The notes: generated from the letters alone by a model not told the origin. A stretch of DNA of 64,000 bases from an uncultured Acidobacteriaceae bacterium (GCA_963762495.1 CAVXKZ010000008.1:121204-185203), one strand, 5' to 3'. Shown: positions 1-8,088, counted from the first letter of the stretch. Made by a program: numbers and translations.

Positions 1-73
1 CGCCGCCGTGCGCACGATGAGCGTGGGCTTTTCTCTTTTTGAGAATAATAATGGGCTGCTGCGCGACAGGCAT
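1..73 (-). CDS. motB: Flagellar stator protein MotB, first 24 codons only (gene continues past the left edge)
   Basis: ATG at 73, 3 nt downstream of the motA stop. Reverse-strand translation MPVAQQPIIILKKRKAHAHRAHGG has the basic PII-x-K(K/R)RK..HG N-terminus typical of MotB. Confidence 0.75.
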   Translation of the reverse strand, partial: MPVAQQPIIILKKRKAHAHRAHGG

Positions 74-76
74 TCT

Positions 77-946
77 TTACGCCGCTAACTCTTCTACCTT
101 GGCGCGAAAGGCGTCGTCCATCTCTTTGAAACTCGGGCGAACAGCGGAGGGAATCGTCCGGCGAGAGAATTCCACCGCCAGGATTGGCGCTGCTCCCCGG
201 ATGAACGCGATCAGACCGGTGCGCAGGCTGTGATAGTAATGTGACTCGTCGTCATTCGCCCGGCTGATATTGGCCGCAAGCGGAGACAGAAAGCCATAGC
301 AAAGGAGGATTCCGAGAAAGGTTCCGACCAGCGCCGCAGCTACCTTTCTGCCAATCTCTTCCGGCGGGCCGCCGAGTGCGCTCATAGTGATCACAATGCC
401 GAGTACCGCTGCGACAATGCCCAATCCCGGCAATGCTTCTGCCACCGTCGAAAGAGCGGTTACCGGCTGAGTGACCTCATGGTGATGAACCTCCAGATCT
501 AGCTCGATCATCTGGTCCAGATCGAAGTGGGAAACAGTGCCCGCCATCGCTGTCCTGAGCGTGTCGCAGATAAATTGCATCGTATGGTGGTGCTTCAGAA
601 TCTCCGGATACTTCTTGAATAATTCGCTATTCTCCGGCTCTTCGATGTCGCTTTCCAAGCTGCTGAGGCCACCTTTGCGCGCGCGCTTGAACAGGTCGTT
701 CAGCATCTTCAACGTGACGAGGTAATGTTGTTTGCTGTACAGCGAAGAACTGAAGGTGCCCAGTATGCGTTTAAAGATGGCTATTACAACGGAAAGCGGA
801 TTGGCGATCAGCAGCGTCCCGATTGCAGCGCCGATGATGATCAGACCCTCTGAAGGCTGCATGAGAACCATAAGGTTCCCTTTTTCCATCAGATAGCCTC
901 CTGCAATGGCTCCGATCACAATCAGGATCCCGATGATCGAAAACAT
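77..946 (-). CDS. motA: Flagellar stator protein MotA (MotA/TolQ/ExbB proton-channel family)
   Basis: 289-aa ORF with N-terminal TM pair, large cytoplasmic loop and C-terminal channel helices (LPGLGIVAAVLGIV...ALVGTFLGILL). Immediately followed by motB. Confidence 0.93.
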   Translation of the reverse strand: MFSIIGILIVIGAIAGGYLMEKGNLMVLMQPSEGLIIIGAAIGTLLIANPLSVVIAIFKRILGTFSSSLYSKQHYLVTLKMLNDLFKRARKGGLSSLESDIEEPENSELFKKYPEILKHHHTMQFICDTLRTAMAGTVSHFDLDQMIELDLEVHHHEVTQPVTALSTVAEALPGLGIVAAVLGIVITMSALGGPPEEIGRKVAAALVGTFLGILLCYGFLSPLAANISRANDDESHYYHSLRTGLIAFIRGAAPILAVEFSRRTIPSAVRPSFKEMDDAFRAKVEELAA

Positions 947-971
947 TCCTTCGGCTTGTTCCTCTCAAGAC

Positions 972-998
972 TTATCGGAGCAAAAGCGCTGGACTAAG
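972..998 (-). promoter_or_regulatory. Candidate sigma-28 (FliA) promoter for motAB
   Basis: Minus strand reads CTTAG-N14-TCCGATAA (7/8 match to the GCCGATAA -10 element). It lies about 25 nt upstream of the motA ATG, with GAAGGA as Shine-Dalgarno. The -35 match is weak. Confidence 0.3.
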
Positions 999-1081
999 CT
1001 GTTCATTTCCCGCTGAGATGCGATTCAGGGAGTCGCGATGCTTGTCGCTGACGTTCTATGCCTAGGAAAATGCGAGAGTAC

Positions 1082-1109
1082 TCAAGGACCAGCATGGTTC
1101 GCGCGATAA
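1082..1109 (+). promoter_or_regulatory. Candidate sigma-28 (FliA) promoter for fliS
   Basis: TCAAG-N15-CGCGATAA. Same T-to-CGATAA spacing (22 nt) and same GTTCG extension as the flgM candidate. AGGGAG Shine-Dalgarno and TTG start follow. Confidence 0.3.
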
Positions 1110-1127
1110 AGAACGCAGGGAGCAAAT

Positions 1128-1622
1128 TTGTCAACCTACAGCGGTTATCACGAGGCATACGTCGAAGGCACTGTCTTAAGCAGTAATCCGGTAGGTCTTA
1201 TAGTGGTCATGTACGAAGCCGCTATCGCTTCGGCCCGCTGCGCGAGATCCTGTCTAAACAGCGGCGACCTGAACGGTAGCTCTGCTGCGATCGCAAAGTG
1301 TTCCAGAATTCTTACTCAGCTCTCCCTCTCGCTCAACCATCAGAAAGGCGGCGAGATCAGCCAGAATCTCAAGGGCTTATATGCCTACATGCTGCGCCAG
1401 CTCTCCGAAGCGCGTACCTCGCACAAAAGTGAGAGGATTTCCGAAGTGGAGCAGCTTTTATCCACATTGCTCGAAGGATGGTCCGCTTTAGCGCCCTCGG
1501 ACGTGTCTGCCGATATCTCCCCCGAACCCGTTTTTTCGAACCCTTCCAATGAAAACGCCGGCAACCGCTATGCAGATTACTTTGCGGGAGCGGACGAATC
1601 CGGTGTGGCTGTTACGTTTTGA
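1128..1622 (+). CDS. fliS: Flagellin-specific export chaperone FliS
   Basis: 164-aa ORF (TTG start). Has the FliS four-helix pattern: Y..AYVEGTVLSSNPVGLIVVMYEAAI...I..NL.GLYAYMLRQL..A... Confidence 0.85.
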   Translation: MSTYSGYHEAYVEGTVLSSNPVGLIVVMYEAAIASARCARSCLNSGDLNGSSAAIAKCSRILTQLSLSLNHQKGGEISQNLKGLYAYMLRQLSEARTSHKSERISEVEQLLSTLLEGWSALAPSDVSADISPEPVFSNPSNENAGNRYADYFAGADESGVAVTF

Positions 1623-1924
1623 GCCGAAGCCTGCTTGGTCAGGTCGCGTTCAATCATCTTCGCCAGGCCGATGCCTCCGTTTGACGCCAGAGCCGAGGCG
1701 AACTGAGTTTCAGCCATAGATTGAGCGGAATCGCTCGCATCGCTATCTCCGCTGCCCAGCCACCCGTCGGAGCTTGACTCACGCACGGATTTGAGCATTT
1801 CTCCAATCATCAAGGCCTCGAATTGCTGTGCCGCGTCGTGTATCTTTGAAGGCTTCTTCTGCAGCAGTTCCGCCGGCCCGGTGAGTGCCGAAACAGAGGC
1901 GTCCATGTTCGTCATCGCGGCCAT
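1577..1924 (-). CDS. flgJ: Rod-binding protein (FlgJ N-terminal domain only, no muramidase domain)
   Basis: 115 aa. AAQQFEALMIGEMLKSVRES motif of the FlgJ rod-binding domain. ATG overlaps the flgI stop (TAATG). Confidence 0.8.
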   Translation of the reverse strand: MAAMTNMDASVSALTGPAELLQKKPSKIHDAAQQFEALMIGEMLKSVRESSSDGWLGSGDSDASDSAQSMAETQFASALASNGGIGLAKMIERDLTKQASAQNVTATPDSSAPAK

Positions 1925-3030
1925 TAAATAACCTCCAGTTCGGCGTCCAGCGCTCCGGCCGCCCGCAGACTCTCCAGAATGGCGATTACGTCGCGTGTTG
2001 TCGATCCAATCGAAGCAAGCGCTTTTACCAACTCTTCAACGGTCGCGCCATTTTGCAGGACGAGATTCCGGGATTTCTCATCCTTGGCTGTCACTGTAGT
2101 CTCCGGTGCCACGGTTCCCGGTGCATTCGAATACGGACCATTTGGAACAGGGACGAGTTGCGTTTGAATCTCCACCGTCAGGTTGCCGTGCATTACCGCC
2201 ACTGGGGCGATTCGGACATCGTTTCCCAAAACCACCGTGCCCGTCCGCTCGTTGATCACAACTTTCGCGATGCTGTCGGGTTCTACACTCACGGCTTCTA
2301 ATTCCGCCACAAATTCCGTGGGTTGAGAGGCATACTTAGGAGGAATTACAACACTCACCAGGCCGGCATTGTCAGCATGGGCGAGCGCGCCGCTGGCGGC
2401 AAAGTGCCGATTTAGGGCATCGGCAATTCGGGCGGACGTCGTAAAGTCTTCTTCCTTTAACTGGAGTTTAATCGCGTTTCCGATGGGAACAGACGGCGCG
2501 AGGTGCTCGACGGAGACTCCGTTCGGGATACGCCCGACGGTCGGGTGATTTACGGTCTGAGAATTCTGTGCGCCGCGTCCAGCCAGGAATCCACCGGTGA
2601 TGACGGGCCCCTGTACCGTTGCGTACACCTGTCCATTAATTCCCCGCAGCGTAGTGAGTACGAGTAAGCCACCCTGTAAATTGGGCGCATCGCCAATTGC
2701 CGCGACCGTCGCATCGATAGTGCTTCCGGGCTGCGCATAAGCGGGGAGAGTCGCGGTGACAATGACTGCTGCCGTGTTCTTGACGGTGATCAAGGTGGGT
2801 GAGACGCTCACGCCCATCCTCAGCAGCAGGTTCGTCAAGCTTTGCGCTGAAAATAGCGTTTGCTGGCGATCTCCGGTTCCGTTCAATCCGACAACCAGGC
2901 CGTAACCGACGAGCTGGTTCGTTCGGACGCCTTCGATCGTGACCAGATCCTTGAGGCGCACGCCGCGCTCTTCCGCGCATTGGGCTATGCTTGCGCAGAC
3001 AAGAAACAGAATAAAATAGCGGTAACGCAT
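1924..3030 (-). CDS. flgI: Flagellar P-ring protein FlgI
   Basis: 368 aa with signal peptide. RLKDLVTIEGVRTNQLVGYGLVVGLNGTGD signature and C-terminal ...LRAAGALDAELEVI. Confidence 0.95.
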   Translation of the reverse strand: MRYRYFILFLVCASIAQCAEERGVRLKDLVTIEGVRTNQLVGYGLVVGLNGTGDRQQTLFSAQSLTNLLLRMGVSVSPTLITVKNTAAVIVTATLPAYAQPGSTIDATVAAIGDAPNLQGGLLVLTTLRGINGQVYATVQGPVITGGFLAGRGAQNSQTVNHPTVGRIPNGVSVEHLAPSVPIGNAIKLQLKEEDFTTSARIADALNRHFAASGALAHADNAGLVSVVIPPKYASQPTEFVAELEAVSVEPDSIAKVVINERTGTVVLGNDVRIAPVAVMHGNLTVEIQTQLVPVPNGPYSNAPGTVAPETTVTAKDEKSRNLVLQNGATVEELVKALASIGSTTRDVIAILESLRAAGALDAELEVI

Positions 3031-3040
3031 CGTCGCTGTC

Positions 3041-3748
3041 CTAAAACGGAAGCAGACCGAGGAGCAGTCTGTACAAGAAGTTCGGTCGACGAATCACGTC
3101 GTTGACAACACCTTTGCCATTGACCTTCAATTCCATCTGGGCAACGTTACCGGATTGCACTGTGTTCCCATTCGAGAGATCAGCCGGCCGAACTACGCCG
3201 CTGATCGTAACCACCTGATTTTCGGAGTTGACTAGAACCGACTTGCTGCCCTCGATAACGAGATAGCCGTTTGGTAGAACACCGATAACCCGAGCGGTTA
3301 TTGTCGTCGTAAGGGTTGTTTGCCGCGACGTCGTTCCCTGGCCGTTAAGCGAAGTCGCCGAGTTGGCATTTAGCAGATTGGCAAGCTTACCTGCTGCCGG
3401 CAACTGCCCGGCAGCGGACGTAATTGCAGCATTCGCGCTGGAGGTGCGGCTGGTCTTTGTTACACCAGTCGAAACCGCGGATGCTTGTTCGTTCACGACA
3501 ATTGTGACCATGTCGTCGACGCTGCGCGCCCGTACGTCGGCGGCGATATCAGCCAGGGGCGCCCCGGAAGGCGCCCAGAGAGAGCCGGGACTTTCGGAAG
3601 GCATCGACGAGGCCCGCCGGTGCGCATCCTCGACATACTGGTCGAGCGGGCTTTTCTGATTCTGCACCTGCTTTTTGCTTGATTTCTGATCTGCAAGCAG
3701 AAGTGGCACAATTGCCAGCAGGCAGACCGAAATCGGAAGGCGATTCAC
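3041..3748 (-). CDS. flgH: Flagellar L-ring protein FlgH
   Basis: C-terminal 235 codons of the 3041..4648 ORF. GTG at 3748 overlaps the frame-B flgA stop (GTGA). SLWAP...ADIAADVRARSVDDMVTIVVNE...ITARVIGVLPNGYLVIEGSK...ISGVVRPADL matches FlgH. Confidence 0.85.
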   Translation of the reverse strand: MNRLPISVCLLAIVPLLLADQKSSKKQVQNQKSPLDQYVEDAHRRASSMPSESPGSLWAPSGAPLADIAADVRARSVDDMVTIVVNEQASAVSTGVTKTSRTSSANAAITSAAGQLPAAGKLANLLNANSATSLNGQGTTSRQTTLTTTITARVIGVLPNGYLVIEGSKSVLVNSENQVVTISGVVRPADLSNGNTVQSGNVAQMELKVNGKGVVNDVIRRPNFLYRLLLGLLPF

Positions 3749-4648
3749 GACCTGCCCTCCGCGACCAGCCCAAAGAATCCACCGGGAACAACCGCGACAA
3801 CATCCTTCTTCTGCACTCTTCCGCGGAACGTCTTGCCCGATCGCGGATTTCGGAGCGTAATCACATCGCCGCGGCGGCCATCCTGTTCGGCTATGCCTTG
3901 CGCTTCTATCATTGCCGCCCCCGACTGGGCGATGACGCTTACGGTATCTCCGCGCTGTATTTCGGGAGGAGCTTCGAGCATCGAACTGCAAATCGGAGTT
4001 CCGGCCGGTATATCGCGCCGAGTGATCAGCCCCACGGCCTGCGAGACATCCGGTAATCGGCTCTTCGCGCGGGAGCCCTCCCGTATATGCCTCAACTCGT
4101 AAACCATCGGCTTGCACAGTATCTCCAAAATGCAATACGCTTGCTGCCAGCACGCGCTTTTCATTAATCGTGATCCGGACGCGGGCCCAGATCGGAAACT
4201 GCCGGGTTCCGGCGTACGAGACGTAGCCTCGCCAGATCGCTCCTGCTGCTGAATCGGCGCCCAAACCGCGCCAGGGAAACACGATCTCCCCTTCCGGCGC
4301 GGGAATCAGGCTCCGATCGAGAATCTCTATTCGCGGATTGCGGCCGGCTAGAGTCGCCTTCATCGCGGCTTCGAAGCTGTCCGGAGTTACTGGGCTTAGC
4401 TTCCAGGAGAAGCAGACATCGCCTGCCGCCGTTGCCTTCAAATGGTTCGCGATTGCCAGGCGCCGCAACTCGGCGGGATGAAAAATTCGCGTCTGTCCGG
4501 GAAGTGGAGAGAGACTGATTTTCAGATCCGGCGGCAGCGCGCTGAACGCCGGCAGTGCATTCGCCAGGTCGCTTCCGCGAATCCAGTCCGCGGCGATAAC
4601 CTTGCAGACACTCGGCTGCATCAGCATTGCCAGCATCACGGCGAGCAT
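3745..4648 (-). pseudogene. flgA: flgA (P-ring assembly chaperone), interrupted by an apparent +1 frameshift near 4051
   Basis: The N-terminal part runs in the frame starting at 4648 (signal-like MLAVMLAMLMQP..., ...RVLAASVLHFGDTVQADGLRVEAYTGGLPREEPIT). The C-terminal SAF-type part runs in the frame of ORF 3745..4164 (DVSQAVGLITRRDIPAGTPI...RGDTVSVIAQSG...GDVITLRNPRSGKTFRGRV). Removing one base in ACCGGATG restores a continuous FlgA. Confidence 0.7.
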
Positions 4649-5439
4649 TATTGCGTGATTTGATTGATCTGCTGATACATCTCATCCGCGGCTTTTACCA
4701 CCCGCGAATTCGCTTCGTAAGCGCGCTGGCTCTGAATGAGATCGACGAACTGCGAGACCACATCCACGTTCGACTGTTCCGTGTAGCCTTGCATTAACGT
4801 CCCCACTCCTTCTGTCCCGCCGGGGACTGCTACTTGCGGGTCTCCGGAAGCGTCGGTTGTTTCGAACAGATTGTTTCCAATGCTGTTCAATCCCGCCGGA
4901 TTCTGAAAGTTTGCCAACTGGATTTGCCCGGCTTTTTGCGTCGCCGTTTGGCCCGCCGTCGTGAAACTGACCGTGCCATCCTGCGCGATAGTCACGTTCT
5001 GGGCGTTGCTCGGAATGGTGATCTGCGGCTCGACAGGATTTCCATTGGGATCGACGACGTTCCCGTTCCGGTCCAACTGAAAAGATCCCGCCCTTGTGTA
5101 GGCGAGAGTTCCGGAGGGTTGCCGAATCTGAAAAAATCCCGCGCCTTGTATAGCCAGATCCAGTGGATTGCTGGTCTGCGTGAGCGCGCCTTGAGTGAGG
5201 ATGATCTCGTTTGAACCGGCGCGAGTTCCAAGCCCGAGCTGTAGTCCCGAGGGAACCGTAGTCTGCTGGCCCGACGATGCGCCGGGTTGGATCATGCTCT
5301 GGTAAATCAGATCCTGAAACTGAGCGCGGCGCATCTTAAACCCGGCCGTATTAGCATTGGCCAGGTTATTAGCTATATTGTCGACATTCAACTGCTGCGC
5401 CGTCATCCCGCTGGCGGCGCTATAAAGAGCGCGTATCAT
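4648..5439 (-). CDS. flgG: Distal rod protein FlgG
   Basis: 263 aa. MIRALYSAASGMTAQQLNVDNIANNLANANTAGFK N-terminus and ...SNVDVVSQFVDLIQSQRAYEANSRVV C-terminus. Stop overlaps the flgA ATG. Confidence 0.95.
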   Translation of the reverse strand: MIRALYSAASGMTAQQLNVDNIANNLANANTAGFKMRRAQFQDLIYQSMIQPGASSGQQTTVPSGLQLGLGTRAGSNEIILTQGALTQTSNPLDLAIQGAGFFQIRQPSGTLAYTRAGSFQLDRNGNVVDPNGNPVEPQITIPSNAQNVTIAQDGTVSFTTAGQTATQKAGQIQLANFQNPAGLNSIGNNLFETTDASGDPQVAVPGGTEGVGTLMQGYTEQSNVDVVSQFVDLIQSQRAYEANSRVVKAADEMYQQINQITQ

Positions 5440-5457
5440 TAATTTTCCTTCCTCTTT

Positions 5458-6198
5458 CTATGAACCCACCTTGGCGACTTCTTCAACCGCCTGGCGATTC
5501 ATATCTGCCCCAATCTTGATTGCGTGTTGCAGCATTTCAAAATGGCGCAGGAGTGAAATCATCCTCACCGAGGCTTCGGCCGATCCGGTGTTGGACGATT
5601 CGAGTGTGCCCTGGGCGACCTGCGCGGCCGTCGCCGGCGTGGGTGTTACCTGTGTTCCCGGGCTTTGAAAATATCCGCTGGGGAGTTTTGTGAGCTGGCT
5701 CGGATCGGTAAAACTGGCAAGCTCCAGTTGCCCGAGCGCGACGCCGTCCTGAACCACCCCTCCATCCGGCGTGACTTCAATCGGATCCGTCGACTGCGTC
5801 TGTAGAGTTTGATTGCCTGCCAAACGAACCGGATAGCCTTCGGCCGTCACCAGGAGTCCCTTCGCGGAAATCCGAAAGCCGCCGTTTCGTGTATATAGCG
5901 TTCCGTTCGGACCGTTTACGGCAAAAAATCCGGGGCCAGATAACGCGAGATCGGTCGAATTTCCGGTCCGAAGCAAAGTGCCTTGCGAAAAATCCGTCCA
6001 GTTTTTTTCGACGACCGGGGATTCGCCCACGGTCGGGTCCGCTTCTGTTGCGAGATCTGGCGACAAATAAGTGCTATAGAACTCCCGGTCCGCCTTGAAA
6101 CCGCTGGTCGATGCGTTAGCGAGATTATTCGCGAGCATGTCCAGTGAGTCCAACCTGGCTTGAAGCCCACTAGCGGCTGCGGTTGTGAGCGGATCCAT
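5458..6198 (-). CDS. flgF: Proximal rod protein FlgF
   Basis: 246 aa. Rod-family N-terminus (...LDMLANNLANASTSGFK) and C-terminus. Immediately upstream of flgG. Confidence 0.9.
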   Translation of the reverse strand: MDPLTTAAASGLQARLDSLDMLANNLANASTSGFKADREFYSTYLSPDLATEADPTVGESPVVEKNWTDFSQGTLLRTGNSTDLALSGPGFFAVNGPNGTLYTRNGGFRISAKGLLVTAEGYPVRLAGNQTLQTQSTDPIEVTPDGGVVQDGVALGQLELASFTDPSQLTKLPSGYFQSPGTQVTPTPATAAQVAQGTLESSNTGSAEASVRMISLLRHFEMLQHAIKIGADMNRQAVEEVAKVGS

Positions 6199-6211
6199 GC
6201 TCCAGTCTGAA

Positions 6212-6226
6212 GCAACCCGGATGCCA
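6212..6226 (-). promoter_or_regulatory. Candidate sigma-54 (-24/-12) promoter of the flgFG-flgA-flgH-flgI-flgJ operon
   Basis: Minus strand TGGCAT-CCGGG-TTGC, one mismatch to TGGCAC-N5-TTGC. 13 nt separate the TTGC from the flgF ATG. Confidence 0.4.
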
Positions 6227-6413
6227 GCCTGAAAAGTCCTCTACTTTCTCCTCAATCGCTTCGATATAGACGGAAATAGGCGCAGAAGCCGCCTTGAGGC
6301 AGGCTCTCCAATCGTCGAGTTTCCGACGCCGGGTACTCGACCACTCATTTTTCTGACACCCAACTCAACTCGCTTGCCTCCGCAATTCGTTGGGAAATAA
6401 CGGCCGGGTCATC

Positions 6414-6428
6414 TGGAGCGCGGAATGC
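6414..6428 (+). promoter_or_regulatory. Candidate sigma-54 (-24/-12) promoter of the fliK-flgD-flgE... operon
   Basis: TGGAGC-GCGGA-ATGC with correct GG/GC spacing. 13 nt separate it from the fliK GTG. Weaker match than the flgF site. Confidence 0.25.
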
Positions 6429-6441
6429 ACATGCACCGGTC

Positions 6442-8073
6442 GTGACAGGTTCGATATTTGCGGCCCAGGCAAGTTCGTGTTACCAGGCGCAAAGCTCCTC
6501 CATCGGCGAATCACAGGCTCGAAGTTCGAAGCAAACGGACTCCACCTTCAAAAGCCAGCTAGCAGCCCAAGCCGATGTTGAGCCCAGCGACGATTCACAA
6601 CAAAATGCGGCTGATACGTCGAACGGTCCCGATTTCAAAACGAGTGCGCCCAATAACGCAAACGAAAAAACATCTACCCAGCAGCCTGGCTTCGCTGCCT
6701 GGAACGTAAGCACTCGCCAATTCACCATTGCTGCGCAGGGCAAACCAGCATCGCCGACATTTTTGTCTGCCCCGGCACTTCCGAGCCCGCGCAATCCCGT
6801 GATAACGGTTCCCGCCGCGATTGCTCCAAAGAGTGCGAATCCCGCAGCACCTGCTCAAGCTGCTGTACCGCCTGAAACCAATGCGGTCCCCGACCAGGCG
6901 GTCAAGAGCACCGACGCCAAAACAGGCAATCACGATAATTTATCTGCTTCGGAACCTAAGAGTTCAAATAACCCACGACAGACCGGCGTTCCTTTCGCAA
7001 CTACCGTTGCGGCACCCGGTAAACCGGCATCGCAGTCCGTTCTGCCTGCGCCCGCGCTCCCGAATCCCCGCAATGCCCCGGCGGCGGTTTCCGCTGCTGC
7101 TCCTCCGAAGAGCGCCAATCGCTCTCAACCTTCTCAAAACTCCACTGCGCGTGCAACCGGCCGTGCGGGTTCCACGAACCAACCAGCAGCGTCGGATTCA
7201 GTTGCCGATTCGAACTTAACCGATTCGAGCCTGATAAGTTCGATCGCCTTTTTCAATGTTTTCGCAAACCCGGGCTCTGGCTCGAGCGATGCCGCTGCCA
7301 CCATCAATGCGGGCGAGGATAAGGCAGTCAAGAGCACCGCGGCCAAGGCAGGTAATCAAGACGATCTGTCTGTTTCGGAACCTGAGAGTTCAAACAATCC
7401 CAGGCAAACGGACGTAGCTTTCGCGCTACGCGTAAGCCCGGACCAAGGGTCGAGCGGGAATCCGCAGGGCGGCGGAAACGCTTCGCCCGGACATAGTTTT
7501 CACAGCGAGCGGGAATTATCCGTCGTCGAGGATCGTGTCGAATATTCGAATGCCGCCAACCCAAGGCAGGCTGAATTTACCCAAGCGGTAATCGCCCAGC
7601 CCGCAAGTTCCGCCGCAGCGGCAAGTAATGCGGCAAGTTATAAAGCTAGCGACGCACCAGAGGCCGGCAACCCAACCAAGGCCGATCCGGAAACAAACAC
7701 GACCTCTGGAGAAGCCGTCAAAACTCTGAATGTCCGGATGAGCGCGGGCGGCGATCAGCACGTCGATATTCGCGTGGTCGAGCGTTCGGGTGAGCTGAGT
7801 GTCAGCGTTAGATCAGCGGATCCGGCCTTGACGCGCACCTTGCAGGACCGTATGCCCGAGCTAACCAGCCGCCTTCAGGACCAGCATTTCCAGGCCGATA
7901 CCTGGGTGCCTAAGTCAGGCGAATCGAGCGATTCAAGACACGGCGGCTTCGGTTCACATCAGGATCAAGCTCAGCAGGATGGCGATAGCGGTCATCAGGG
8001 CTGGCGTGGACAGCGGCAGAAACCCGAATGGGTTGAGGAACTAGAGAGCATCGCTCCAAATTCTCGTAATTAG
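6442..8073 (+). CDS. fliK: Flagellar hook-length control protein FliK
   Basis: 543 aa. Long Pro/Ala/Ser/Asn-rich N-terminal region, then a FliK C-terminal domain (VKTLNVRMSAGGDQHVDIRVVERSGELSVSVRSADPALTRTLQDRMPELTSRLQ). Located upstream of flgD-flgE. The GTG start is uncertain. Confidence 0.8.
   Translation: MTGSIFAAQASSCYQAQSSSIGESQARSSKQTDSTFKSQLAAQADVEPSDDSQQNAADTSNGPDFKTSAPNNANEKTSTQQPGFAAWNVSTRQFTIAAQGKPASPTFLSAPALPSPRNPVITVPAAIAPKSANPAAPAQAAVPPETNAVPDQAVKSTDAKTGNHDNLSASEPKSSNNPRQTGVPFATTVAAPGKPASQSVLPAPALPNPRNAPAAVSAAAPPKSANRSQPSQNSTARATGRAGSTNQPAASDSVADSNLTDSSLISSIAFFNVFANPGSGSSDAAATINAGEDKAVKSTAAKAGNQDDLSVSEPESSNNPRQTDVAFALRVSPDQGSSGNPQGGGNASPGHSFHSERELSVVEDRVEYSNAANPRQAEFTQAVIAQPASSAAAASNAASYKASDAPEAGNPTKADPETNTTSGEAVKTLNVRMSAGGDQHVDIRVVERSGELSVSVRSADPALTRTLQDRMPELTSRLQDQHFQADTWVPKSGESSDSRHGGFGSHQDQAQQDGDSGHQGWRGQRQKPEWVEELESIAPNSRN
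6730..7425. repeat. Internal duplications inside fliK (units A1-B1-A2-spacer-B2)
   Basis: A1 6730-6840 vs A2 7006-7119 (AAQGKPASPTFLSAPALPSPRN...APKSAN vs AAPGKPASQSVLPAPALPNPRN...PPKSAN). B1 6898-6999 vs B2 7324-7425 (AVKSTDAKTGNHDNLSASEPKSSNNPRQTGVPFA vs AVKSTAAKAGNQDDLSVSEPESSNNPRQTDVAFA). The similarity is also visible at DNA level. Confidence 0.7.
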
Positions 8074-8088
8074 GAAGGAAAACATCTT

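Noticed and set aside
3041-4648. The 535-aa six-frame ORF as a single gene.
   Set aside because: The N-terminal third is FlgA-like and the C-terminal 235 aa are FlgH. The Arg/Gly/Cys-rich middle is out-of-frame read-through of the flgA 3' half. An internal GTG (3748) coupled to the frame-B stop defines flgH.
4164-4685. 173-aa minus-strand ORF overlapping flgA.
   Set aside because: It is the third frame over flgA, is Arg/Ser/Gly-rich with no motifs, and is a typical high-GC shadow ORF.
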